32,428 nt of DNA from Promethearchaeota archaeon (GCA_029838195.1 JALGVJ010000040.1:1-32428), one strand, 5' to 3'; shown: positions 1 through 9,145, counted from the first letter of the stretch. A program made the numbers and translations. The notes: generated by a model not told the origin, from the letters alone.

Positions 1-522
1 AAGCGTCCTTTCTCCTCTATTAAAACAAAAAGAGAAAACCATTTCTGATTAGCTCTCGAGGTGAGTATGGGGAAAAAGGCTTTCATTAAGTATTAGAAAA
101 GAAAGGTAAGGGAAAGAAAACATGAGGACTTCCCTCAAATGGGGAAAAGGAATCCCAATTCGGGATGAAAATAAACATGTGAACGACCCGGCAAGAAAAA
201 AAAGATTGATCTTCGGATCAACGCCCGTTTCCTCTAACGACGGGATGATAGGACATTTTTGTCCAAATTTATAGTTAGAGTATCAAATGACCATGAGAAT
301 TCCCTTGTTTTTTAGTTTTGACTCATTTTAAAACATTACATCTCAATATAAATGCCGTTAATCTCATTAATTTTTATTCTACATGTCTTTTCATCAATAT
401 ATTAACGTACTTTTTAAATCATATCGTGGATATAAATTGCCTTATACATTAACTTCCATGAATGCTGAAAGAAAACAAGTAAGGAAGATCTATTTTTTTT
501 AAAAAAATAGGAAGATTATTTG

Positions 523-1203
523 TTATACTTCTGGCCACTGAAGGTATTTTGCTTTTTGACCCCCAAACATTTGATCCATCCCTCCGCTTGCTTGGGTTTG
601 TAACTTGAGAATTCTCTGAATTAACGTGTTTATTCCTAAAGAACATAAAAAATACCAAGCAGTAAAATTAATCCATCCGTATCGTTGAGAAATTTGTATG
701 GGCGTGCCATATACACGTGCCGTCCATTCAACGACAGTTTCCGTGTATGCCATGGCAAAATTATTTATTAAAGGAACATCCCATGGATTCATTGGGGGAC
801 ATGCAATCGGATCTCTTCCAAAAGTTGCATTAAGTATTGAAAAAATGATGATCATGGGAATAAAAATGATCAAGGTGGGCTTTAGACGGGACATTGCCAT
901 GCTTTGTTGAAGTTGTTTCATCATCTCATCTTTTTTCTCCCAGCGTTTCCTTTTTTTTCGATAGCGTTCAGGATCAATTTCAGCTAATTTGATTATTTTC
1001 TCTTTTTCTTCATTGTGTTCTTTTATTTGTTTTTGCTTTCGCTCGATTTCTTTTGTATCGACTAATAATTTAGTCAATAGCGTGCTGATTAAAGCTGTGA
1101 CCAAGGATAAAAGCAAGGTGAATATCATGGAACCTGGTGGATATCTCATCCACTCGTAAAAAGAGGTTGCTTCTTGAAAAACCATTAATAACGTCATTAT
1201 CAC
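523..1203 (-). CDS. EMC3/TMCO1 (DUF106, Oxa1 superfamily) membrane protein
   Basis: TM helix, then a coiled coil (KEIERKQKQIKEH), then SRLKPTLIIFIPM and a C-terminal FTAWYFLCS motif. Directly downstream of secY, the usual archaeal position. Confidence 0.9.
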   Translation of the reverse strand: MIMTLLMVFQEATSFYEWMRYPPGSMIFTLLLSLVTALISTLLTKLLVDTKEIERKQKQIKEHNEEKEKIIKLAEIDPERYRKKRKRWEKKDEMMKQLQQSMAMSRLKPTLIIFIPMIIIFSILNATFGRDPIACPPMNPWDVPLINNFAMAYTETVVEWTARVYGTPIQISQRYGWINFTAWYFLCSLGINTLIQRILKLQTQASGGMDQMFGGQKAKYLQWPEV

Positions 1204-1340
1204 TTTCCTTAATTAATTTAACTTTAAAAACTTAATTCAAGATTACATGAACCGCATGTTTAAAATAAGATTAATGTTATCGGGAAAATAAAAGAAAATT
1301 TAAAATCAATATTTTCATGGAAAAAATTTCTTGATCTCGT

Positions 1341-2813
1341 TTAATCTACACCTAACATTGCCCTCATGCTCGGATATTGAGCAGCAGCCACCTGTTTCGA
1401 AATCTCCTCCGCAAATTGATGAATGATGCCAATTGCAATGAGAAGACCCGTGCCGCTAGTAAGTGCTCCAAGAGAATCGGCAAAAAAGCTGAGTGAAGCA
1501 ATGAAAATTCCATTAAGAGTCACGAGCGTGGGAATATATCGTTTAAGAACTCTTTCGATTATTTTCTCTGAGCTTCTAAATCCTGGAATCATCATTCCTG
1601 AATCAATAATCTGCTGAGCAATGTCCCTCGGAGCGAGGCCTGAAACTTCTACCCATACTCTCCCCATAAAGACGCATAAAAGGATGAAAAAGAGCAAATA
1701 AATCACGGCTCTTAAGGGATTAGATATCAAGTTATCAATTCCTTGAGGAGGAGAGAGAAAATATAAGAGGCCTCCAACCGGTTTTAAATATCCGCCTGTA
1801 GTCCCCCCAGCAGTTTGCTGTTGTTCAAAGACTCCAATTAAATCCAACCAGAATGAAGTATTCTCATTTCGCAGTTTGGAATTAGGACCGGCTATTAATT
1901 GTCCAAAAAATAAAAAGTTTGCATATAATGCACTCACTAATATAACGGGAATGTTAGACACGTATAGAAGCTTCATGGGATATTTTCCCTTATATCCTCG
2001 ATATCCTTTATAAGCTAAAGGAATTTCAATTCGAGCCGATTCAAACCAAATCACGACGAAAAAGATAATGATAGTCGTCATGATTCCAACTAATGAGGGT
2101 AAAGTTCCTCTGATGATAATATCATCAAGATTCGTAGCATCATTTCCGTCAAATAACACCGTGAAGAATGCGATCACAATCCCTCTTGGAAGATGATGCT
2201 CATCAGGTGCTTCAATGAAGCTAAAACTATTCCAAAAGATCTGACCAGCTACGCCCGCAGCTATAAAAAGTGAGACTCCGCTACCAATCCCCCATCCTTT
2301 TTGGAGCAATTCGTCTAAAAGAATGATGATTATTCCGGCAAGCAGTAATTGAACAAATATTATAGCCGCATTTTGAATTCCTATTGATTCTAACTCGCCA
2401 AATGCCCCTCCGATTAAATAAGCGACAGAATTGAAAATCGTTAATATTACTGCAAGGACTTTTTGAGAACCTGAAAACATGGAACGATCATAAGGATCCG
2501 TCATATCTATATTGATTAATTTAGAGCCTAACAATAATTGCATGATGAGACCCGCTGTAACTATCGGACCAATTCCAAGCTCAGTAAGCGTTCCTCGCTT
2601 ACTGGCTAAAATCACGCGCATCCAGTAAAAGTAATCCGTTGAGTCTTCTAAATTCACGCCGTAAAGAGGAATGTTGGACATGATTAAATAAATCACTAAG
2701 ACAAGGGCCGTCCATACAAATTTCTCTTTAAAAGAAACCTCTCTCTGAGGCCGTTTAATTTCTGGCATTATCCGTACTAAAGGTGCAAAAAATCTAATAA
2801 ATTTTCCAGCCAT
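1341..2813 (-). CDS. secY: Preprotein translocase subunit SecY/Sec61alpha
   Basis: Motifs RGTLTELGIGPIVTAGLIMQLL, KGWGIGSGVSLFIAA, YPMKLLYVSNIPVIL, IPGFR and SGTGLLI; about 10 TM segments. Confidence 0.98.
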   Translation of the reverse strand: MAGKFIRFFAPLVRIMPEIKRPQREVSFKEKFVWTALVLVIYLIMSNIPLYGVNLEDSTDYFYWMRVILASKRGTLTELGIGPIVTAGLIMQLLLGSKLINIDMTDPYDRSMFSGSQKVLAVILTIFNSVAYLIGGAFGELESIGIQNAAIIFVQLLLAGIIIILLDELLQKGWGIGSGVSLFIAAGVAGQIFWNSFSFIEAPDEHHLPRGIVIAFFTVLFDGNDATNLDDIIIRGTLPSLVGIMTTIIIFFVVIWFESARIEIPLAYKGYRGYKGKYPMKLLYVSNIPVILVSALYANFLFFGQLIAGPNSKLRNENTSFWLDLIGVFEQQQTAGGTTGGYLKPVGGLLYFLSPPQGIDNLISNPLRAVIYLLFFILLCVFMGRVWVEVSGLAPRDIAQQIIDSGMMIPGFRSSEKIIERVLKRYIPTLVTLNGIFIASLSFFADSLGALTSGTGLLIAIGIIHQFAEEISKQVAAAQYPSMRAMLGVD

Positions 2814-3075
2814 GATTCGCTCAAAATTCCTTGTAAATTCTTTTTATGAAAAATTTATTCAAATTTACCAAAAACATCTAATATTTAAATCGTATATGAG
2901 TAAAAAATGAATGGAAAAAAAATTTTTTGATTGCGAAACTTCAAGAATCTTTTCCTTCGTTCCTGTAAAATGGAATAAAAATTACATTCCTCATGTTTTT
3001 TTAAAAAAAGTGGAAAAAAATAAAGTTTTTAAATATTTCTATTACACTTCAGGCTGCTCAAATAAGACAAGGAAA

Positions 3076-3390
3076 TCAGAAGAGGGAACCAATACCTGTA
3101 GGCTCTTCTTCTTCCTCCTCCTCTTCTTCCTCTTTCTTCTTTTCTTCTTTCGCAGCTGGTGCCTCTTCTGCTGGAGCGGCAGTACTTGCCGGAACCGCTG
3201 CCATTATAGGAGCAGCGCTAGCGGATTTAAGGATTTCATCGATATCGCGTTCTTTTAATCCCGCTACAAGTTTTGTTATTTGGGTTTTATCAATTTCAGC
3301 TCCAGCCGCTTTTAAAATTTTTTCAATGGCATCTTCCGTGATTTCTTTTTCTGCTCTATGAAGTAAGAGTGCAGCATATATGCTTTCCAT
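3076..3390 (-). CDS. rpl12: 50S ribosomal stalk protein P1 (aL12)
   Basis: MESIYAALLLH N-terminus, Ala-rich hinge, acidic tail ending GIGSLF. Confidence 0.97.
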   Translation of the reverse strand: MESIYAALLLHRAEKEITEDAIEKILKAAGAEIDKTQITKLVAGLKERDIDEILKSASAAPIMAAVPASTAAPAEEAPAAKEEKKKEEEEEEEEEEPTGIGSLF

Positions 3391-3463
3391 TCTAACTCAC
3401 AACCTCTTTATTTTTATTATTTTTTCAATATTTATTTTAAAAAATGGGATATTCTTAATCTTA

Positions 3464-4468
3464 TTAAAATAGGCTTGCAATTCCAGCAGGTTCATCATCT
3501 TCCTCTTCTTTCTCCCCTTTTTCCTTTTTGTCTTCCTTCCTTTCTTTCTCTTCTTGTTCTTGTAATGGTATGACCGGAATTCCTTCTCCAAAGATAATGG
3601 CGTTAATCGTGTTACCGTTGATAACTGCACGCTTAATATATTCTTCTAATACGTGACTATCAAAAATAGGCATTTCAAAGAGAAGGGCAAGAGATTCTCT
3701 GAATCCTTTTTGTACCAAAGCATCTACGGTTTCTATATCGATGATATTTAATTCTATTGCTAATTTTTTAGCCTCCAAGAAGGCGGATTCGACATCTTTT
3801 TGGAATTGATCTAAATCCATGTAGATAACTTCAGGAGGTAGTACTTCTCCATCGCACCAAGCATAATGAATTTTAATTACCGATTCAAGGGGAGTAATGC
3901 CTAATTTTTTAAGAACGGCTGCTTCTTTTACGGTTACAAAATCGCCTGCTTTATGGGTCATTTTATCTTCTCGGATCCAAATAGTATCATTTTGAATTCG
4001 CGTCGGTAATCGTAAGGTCATGTTTAATTCAGAAATTACCTGACCAGTGGGCAATCCCGTGTCTCCTGCAGGCACGATGATATCTACGGGGGTTATGGCG
4101 TTTGGTTTAGCGGGAATCATCCATTTATTCTCTTCAAATAGGCGCTTGATTTTAAAGATATCCACGTTGGTGAATAATAAAGATGCTTGATGGGGAATGT
4201 TTTTCTTTAATTCTTCAAGGCCCTCTTTTTTAGATTCTTTTTGAAATTTTTCGATGGCCCGGATTTGAAGATTTTTCTTGCTCATTTTTATTATGGCTTT
4301 ACCATGCAATATTTTTCTGGTTTCTTGGACTTGTCTATCATTAATTCCGGCAAAAGTTAAAACTGCTACATTCTTATATTTTTTGAACAAGTCAACGAGT
4401 TCATTGACTTCTTTTATTTTCCATTGGGGGACTTTTGATATTTGCTCTTCCTCTTTTTGGGTTATCAT
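3464..4468 (-). CDS. rpl10: 50S ribosomal protein uL10 (P0)
   Basis: VPQWK, DIIVPAGDTGLPTG, LKKLGITP; acidic tail ending GIASLF; start overlaps the rpl1 stop (ATGA). Confidence 0.97.
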   Translation of the reverse strand: MITQKEEEQISKVPQWKIKEVNELVDLFKKYKNVAVLTFAGINDRQVQETRKILHGKAIIKMSKKNLQIRAIEKFQKESKKEGLEELKKNIPHQASLLFTNVDIFKIKRLFEENKWMIPAKPNAITPVDIIVPAGDTGLPTGQVISELNMTLRLPTRIQNDTIWIREDKMTHKAGDFVTVKEAAVLKKLGITPLESVIKIHYAWCDGEVLPPEVIYMDLDQFQKDVESAFLEAKKLAIELNIIDIETVDALVQKGFRESLALLFEMPIFDSHVLEEYIKRAVINGNTINAIIFGEGIPVIPLQEQEEKERKEDKKEKGEKEEEDDEPAGIASLF

Positions 4469-5199
4469 AGTTTAACACCTATTTTTTTTAAATAATCTTC
4501 ATCTATTTTAACGGGCTTTCCCATGGTCGTCTTAATGTATGCCGATCGGAAATTGTTGTATTTATGCGGCATCTGATCAGCAAGGAATTCAATTACGGAT
4601 TTCACGTTCTCGAATAATTTTTCTTGTTCCATGGATTTTTTCCCTACCTTGACTTGAAGGATGGGATTTTTTTTAATTTGAATGTTAATGGCTCGCTTGT
4701 AGCGCTCAACTGCTGTTTTTAATTCATCCACGTTCGATATGATTCCATAACCTGCCGGAAAAGGTTTTGGCATTTTTCCCAAGGGACCCATGAATCGTGC
4801 GAGAATTCGAGCGACGTCTCTCATTAATTTATCTTCTACGATAAAAAAATCGTATTTTTTGACGAATTTCTTCTTGTATTTCTTTTCTTGCAAGTTTAAA
4901 TTATTTAACTCTTCGGGACTAAGCGTATCTAATCCCATCCTTTTTGCTTCTAAGAGAATGTCCTCTGAAGCAATAACACACACGTTTGGCTTGCTATTTT
5001 TAACAATTTCATGAGGCAGGAGAAATTCCTTATCAATTCGTTGCTTCGGGTCGTTTAAATTAATATCTTTGAGATTGATGATCAAATCGACAGATTCATC
5101 AAATTTCCGCACCTTGGGTTTTTTTCCTTCTTTTCGAATAACCGATAAGTCTATGGCTGCTCGCAGTGAATTTTTTACCAATTTATCATCAATTTTCAT
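4465..5199 (-). CDS. rpl1: 50S ribosomal protein uL1
   Basis: RKFDESVDLIINLK, GPLGKMPKP, YIKTTMGKP; lies between rpl11 and rpl10. Confidence 0.97.
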   Translation of the reverse strand: MKIDDKLVKNSLRAAIDLSVIRKEGKKPKVRKFDESVDLIINLKDINLNDPKQRIDKEFLLPHEIVKNSKPNVCVIASEDILLEAKRMGLDTLSPEELNNLNLQEKKYKKKFVKKYDFFIVEDKLMRDVARILARFMGPLGKMPKPFPAGYGIISNVDELKTAVERYKRAINIQIKKNPILQVKVGKKSMEQEKLFENVKSVIEFLADQMPHKYNNFRSAYIKTTMGKPVKIDEDYLKKIGVKL

Positions 5200-5202
5200 G
5201 GC

Positions 5203-5734
5203 TCACATTTCCTCCTTTATAATATCATCATATTCTCCATTATCAATTCTTTTCTGTATGACGCGAGGATCCTCTCCTTCTACCGTCAGTCCTACGGAGA
5301 GCGCCGTGCCTAGTACTGTTTTAACGGCTTTTTTAAATGTTTTATCCAAAAAGATATCTCGTTTCGCCTTGGCCACGTCAATGACTTGATTTAACGTTAA
5401 ATTTCCAATCTTTTTTTCTGTTATATCACTCGACCCTTTCTCAACCCCCGCCTCTTTTAACAATAAGGAGGCAGTTGAGGGGGTTTCAACAAAGATTTCA
5501 AACTGCTTAGTCTCGGGATCGCATTCGATTCGTACGGGAACTGTCAACCCCTTGAATATCATGGTCTTTTCGTTTACCGCATCCACGACATCCTTGATAT
5601 TAATTCCTGTAGGGCCTACTGCAGGACCTATTGGTGGCCCTCCTGACGCATTAGAGGATGGGCCGAGATGACCAATCTCTCCCTCCCGTCACGAGTGCCT
5701 TAACCACTACTTTTCCTTTACCTCCGGTGCTCAT
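5203..5734 (-). CDS. rpl11: 50S ribosomal protein uL11, split gene: exon 1 5734-5679, exon 2 5650-5203; spliced product 167 aa ([48 protein letters not shown]...)
   Basis: The ORF track gives only the C-terminal 127 aa. The L11 motif [15 protein letters not shown] continues upstream in that frame to 5650. The N-terminal strand [10 protein letters not shown] lies in another frame starting at ATG 5734. Removing 28 nt joins them (56+448=504 nt). Confidence 0.95.
5651..5678 (-). other. Putative 28-nt archaeal BHB/BHL-type mRNA intron in rpl11 (AGAUUGGUCAUCUCGGCCCAUCCUCUAA)
   Basis: 4-bp helix AGGG/CUCU, 3-nt bulge AG^A, opposite loop AA^UG, inner stem GAU-U-GGUC/GGCC-C-AUC, outer exon-exon stem UGACG/CGUCA. 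Cuts at the standard positions restore the reading frame exactly. Confidence 0.8.
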
Positions 5735-6224
5735 TTCTAATCAAATCCCTTTTATTGAACTATTCAAATGACATTCTTAAGGTTTAGAACATGGTTATGG
5801 TTCATCGGGTAAATTTTCAATATCTACTTTATATTGAAACCGTTTTCACGTCCTAAGCTTTTAAGAAATGATTTGAACTTAGTAAGGAAAAAATATATTG
5901 CAAAATTAAAAAACTTTATTGTAATATCGCATGGATACGAGTTAAAAGTATGAACAATAGATATTTCCGAAAAAAAATCCCATACATCGTGACTTAATTC
6001 CACTATTTCAAGATTATGATAATTTTGTTAAAAAGCATTTTTAAATTTTTTATAAAGTTTATTTATCTTATTCGACATCCAAGAATTTCATGAATTGACC
6101 GATAATTCCATTTAGCAATCCATGAAAATTGTAATTATTAAATGATATTAAACAAGAAAAAATTTTTATTTGCGAAACTCATGGAAAAAGTAATAAAATA
6201 AATATCTTTAAAAGGTTTTAAAAT

Positions 6225-6950
6225 ATGGGGATAGAAAGTTTTACTTCATTTGAATTGTTTTATGGTTTTATTGGATTAATTCCATTGACTATAAATTTTA
6301 TCTTAGGCATCCGTATTTCTCTAAAATATTTAACATATAGAAAAGAAGAATTGATAACCGTTGGATTGATGTTAGTGTTCATTACATCACCATGGTGGGG
6401 ATCTGCTTTTTCTTTTTTGGCCATTTTGCTTTTTAATATTAATCTTTCTGATACAAGTTATATCATCATTAGCTATGGATTGATACCCATTGCAAGTCTC
6501 TTTTGGATTTATTCGTTCGTTTTATTAGTGTGCCCACATTTAAAATGGAAGATTTTCCTTGTTTATGCACTTTTTACTGCTTGCTACGAAATACTCTTTT
6601 TCTATTATTTGTTCACTAATCCTTCTTTATTAGCCATTCGCGTTTCTAAATTAGAAAGCGAAACTCAATTAGTCGTAACTTCTTTTGCATTAATTACTAT
6701 GGCAATTTCGGTAATTACTAATTTTCTTTTTATGAAAAAATCCTTACAATCCCAAGAAAGAATAATTCGTTGGAAAGGTAAATTAATTTTCATCTCCTTG
6801 CTCGTATTCATCCTTGGAGCTCTCCTGGATTCCATTGTTTCCCTGACACCGTTAACCGTATTGATTACAAGAATAATCTTGATGGTAGCTTCGATTCTTT
6901 CTTATATAGGATGGATTATGCCGGAGAGAATTGCTAAATATTTTTCTTGA
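6225..6950 (+). CDS. Hypothetical multi-pass (~7 TM) membrane protein
   Basis: About seven hydrophobic segments; C-terminal YIGWIMP. No catalytic motif recognised. Confidence 0.8.
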   Translation: MGIESFTSFELFYGFIGLIPLTINFILGIRISLKYLTYRKEELITVGLMLVFITSPWWGSAFSFLAILLFNINLSDTSYIIISYGLIPIASLFWIYSFVLLVCPHLKWKIFLVYALFTACYEILFFYYLFTNPSLLAIRVSKLESETQLVVTSFALITMAISVITNFLFMKKSLQSQERIIRWKGKLIFISLLVFILGALLDSIVSLTPLTVLITRIILMVASILSYIGWIMPERIAKYFS

Positions 6951-7177
6951 TTTTTTTTACATAATCATTTCTTTTTTGTTTTAAATTTTGGAAACTTCTA
7001 AAGTTGTAAAATCTATATTAAAATATCAGCTTATTTATCCTACCTCAAGGAGTTTAGAATAATTTTTTTTCTTTTTCCTTATATTTTTCTTTTTTCTTGA
7101 ATGATCTATCATGAATATTTTAATTTAAAGAATCATTCTTTCAAGTCAGAGTGAAATTTTAAATTTAATGCGAAAAC

Positions 7178-7618
7178 ATGATCGATAGAAAATTTATAGG
7201 GCACGTATTCCCTGAGAGGGAGATGATTATTAAACGATGGAAAGTGTCTCAATTTGCGAATGCAATTAGAGATGACAATCCCCTCTATTATGACGTCAAT
7301 TATGCTAAATCTAAAGGGCATGAAGATTTATTAGTTCCTCCTACTTTTTATACAACTATGACCTTTTCAGATCCAAATTTTTTTCAAATTGTAAACATCG
7401 ATTTTAGAAAATTATTGGATGGAGGAAGAGAGATTATCTATCATTCACCATGTTATGCAAACGACACCATCCTTTATCAGACCCGAATAGAATCAATTGA
7501 AGAAAAAGAAGGAAAGAGGGGCAAAATGGATGTATTAAAAGTAATCACTGAGGGAAAAAAGAAGGAAACAAAAGAAAAGGTATTTACGTTAATCATCACG
7601 CTTATCGTGTTTCATTAA
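7178..7618 (+). CDS. MaoC-like hotdog-fold dehydratase, N-terminal/HadA-like subunit
   Basis: FANAIRDDNPLYYD...AKSKG...VPPTF; LLDGGREI. Confidence 0.88.
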   Translation: MIDRKFIGHVFPEREMIIKRWKVSQFANAIRDDNPLYYDVNYAKSKGHEDLLVPPTFYTTMTFSDPNFFQIVNIDFRKLLDGGREIIYHSPCYANDTILYQTRIESIEEKEGKRGKMDVLKVITEGKKKETKEKVFTLIITLIVFH

Positions 7619-7658
7619 AATCAATTAAACCGAAATAGTAAGAGGATATAAATTTAAA

Positions 7659-8099
7659 ATGAAAGAGAAGGAAATATTATATTTTGAAGATGTTTCTGAA
7701 GGAATGGAAATTCCTTCCGTGAAACGAGGCCCTATTGATCGAAGGCAATTAATTGATTATGCTTCCGCATCAGGAGATTATAATAAAATTCATTACGATG
7801 AAGCCTTTGCTAAAAAAGCGGGGCTCAAAGGCTGCATTGCTCATGGCATGTTAACAATGAGCCTTGTAGGTACTTTCATTACAAATTGGGCAATAGGAGG
7901 GAGTTTAAAATATTTTAAAGTAAAATTCGTAGGAATGACAAATGAAAATGACATTATAACCGTTAAAGGAAGTGTGGTTAACAAGTTTAAGAAAGAAAAC
8001 GAAAATCTCATTGAGATTAATGTTTCAAGCGAAACCCATGATGGAATAAAAACAATTGTCGGTTCTGCGATAATATCCCTTCCTTCTAAAAATGATTAA
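7659..8099 (+). CDS. MaoC-family (R)-hydratase/dehydratase, catalytic HadB-like subunit
   Basis: Hydratase-2 motif YASASGDYNKIHYDEAFAKKAGLKGCIAHGML. Confidence 0.92.
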   Translation: MKEKEILYFEDVSEGMEIPSVKRGPIDRRQLIDYASASGDYNKIHYDEAFAKKAGLKGCIAHGMLTMSLVGTFITNWAIGGSLKYFKVKFVGMTNENDIITVKGSVVNKFKKENENLIEINVSSETHDGIKTIVGSAIISLPSKND

Positions 8100-8129
8100 A
8101 TCGTGAGAGATTAGAAAGTTTTTAAATTA

Positions 8130-8315
8130 CTAAAATCTACAACATAAACGTCTACCGTGATCTAAATTATTGCGAAGATATTCATCTGAAAGCAGTTTTA
8201 AGATCGTTTCGGTATCTAATTTAACTTTTTGGGCAATATCATCAATCTCAATCCCCGGCGTGGAAATTAATTTAAATATTTCTTTTTTAGTTTCTTTCGA
8301 GATCTTTGGAACCAT
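8130..8315 (-). CDS. Small hypothetical protein, possibly HTH, with C-terminal CCRF
   Basis: 61-aa ORF alone in an intergenic gap; IDDIAQKVKLDTETILKLL resembles a helix-turn-helix. Confidence 0.6.
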   Translation of the reverse strand: MVPKISKETKKEIFKLISTPGIEIDDIAQKVKLDTETILKLLSDEYLRNNLDHGRRLCCRF

Positions 8316-8569
8316 ACATGTAAATAAGATACGTGAGTAAAAAATTTTTATTTTACATTTTATAAATAATAGGTTCGGTTAAGTTTGAATTAATAGGAAA
8401 ATAAGGAGAATCAAGAATGGAAAATTAAAATTTTAATGAATTTATAGATTTGGGAGTATTTCTATTATAATTTATGGAAAAAAATAATTATAGTGCGATT
8501 TTATAATGATTAACTACCATCTTTTCGCTTTGTTTTAAATCTTGAAATAAAACCTTTCTATTATTAAAA

Positions 8570-9145
8570 ATGACTGAGATAGAATCAAACCATATTTCAG
8601 AGGAGAAAAAAGGGACAATCTCCACCACGTTTTCAAAAAAAATCGCAACGACAGCAATTTTTATTGCGGTGGGATTAGTATTAAGTTATTTAAACCCTTT
8701 TGCTTATTTTACCATATTTGGCACTAAAATTAATCCCTTTGCTCATTTTATTAACGGTATGACAGGTGTATTGGTGGGTCTGCTTTTTGCGGTATTAACT
8801 GCTACGGGAATTGCAATTTTACGATTTTCCCTAGGAATTGGGACTATTCATGCGTTTCATGGCGGAATCTCTGGTGCTCTCGTTGTAGGTCTCAGTTCTT
8901 CTATTTTACGAAAAAGAAAACCTCAGAAGGTAGAGTGGGCTGCTTTAACCGAACCTTTAGGCACGATATTTATCGGAGGAACTATAGCTCAAATTATAGC
9001 CCCCATTGGCGGTATGGCGGGTCTTTTTACATATTGGGGATTATTTGCGGCAAGTTGCATTCCCGGTTGTGTATTGGGATTTATAGTATTGAAAATTCTT
9101 AGAAAAGCCGGGATTTCTTGGGAGGAGTATTTTCCACTTAATTAA
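8570..9145 (+). CDS. thiW: ECF transporter S component, ThiW family
   Basis: KINPFAHFING, ILRFSLGIGTIHAFHGGISGA, EPLGTIFIG. Confidence 0.85.
   Translation: MTEIESNHISEEKKGTISTTFSKKIATTAIFIAVGLVLSYLNPFAYFTIFGTKINPFAHFINGMTGVLVGLLFAVLTATGIAILRFSLGIGTIHAFHGGISGALVVGLSSSILRKRKPQKVEWAALTEPLGTIFIGGTIAQIIAPIGGMAGLFTYWGLFAASCIPGCVLGFIVLKILRKAGISWEEYFPLN

Noticed and set aside
125-136. GAGGGAAGTCC on the minus strand, resembling the RNase P RNA P4 motif
   Set aside because: It is followed by U-rich sequence with no recognisable RNase P helices; better explained as a local hairpin.
224-270. Hammerhead-like arrangement (GATGATA-GGACA...TGTCC-AAA)
   Set aside because: The required CUGAnGA and GAAA core nucleotides do not match.
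3090-3150. TTC/TCC low-complexity repeats (also near 3490-3560)
   Set aside because: They encode the normal poly-Glu/Lys tails of the stalk proteins.
5203-5586. 127-aa uL11 starting at GTG 5586, as given in the ORF track
   Set aside because: It lacks the conserved N-terminal proline-rich motif, which is intact immediately upstream.
5651-5680. Programmed frameshift, 1-nt sequencing indel or pseudogene as the explanation of the rpl11 break
   Set aside because: The extra sequence is 28 nt, is not a homopolymer or a duplication of its flanks, would leave about 9 foreign residues in a conserved loop, and both exons look undegraded. Not formally excluded without reads.
8316-8569. TPP riboswitch upstream of thiW
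   Set aside because: The region is very AT-rich and has no CUGAGA or other conserved TPP aptamer motif.
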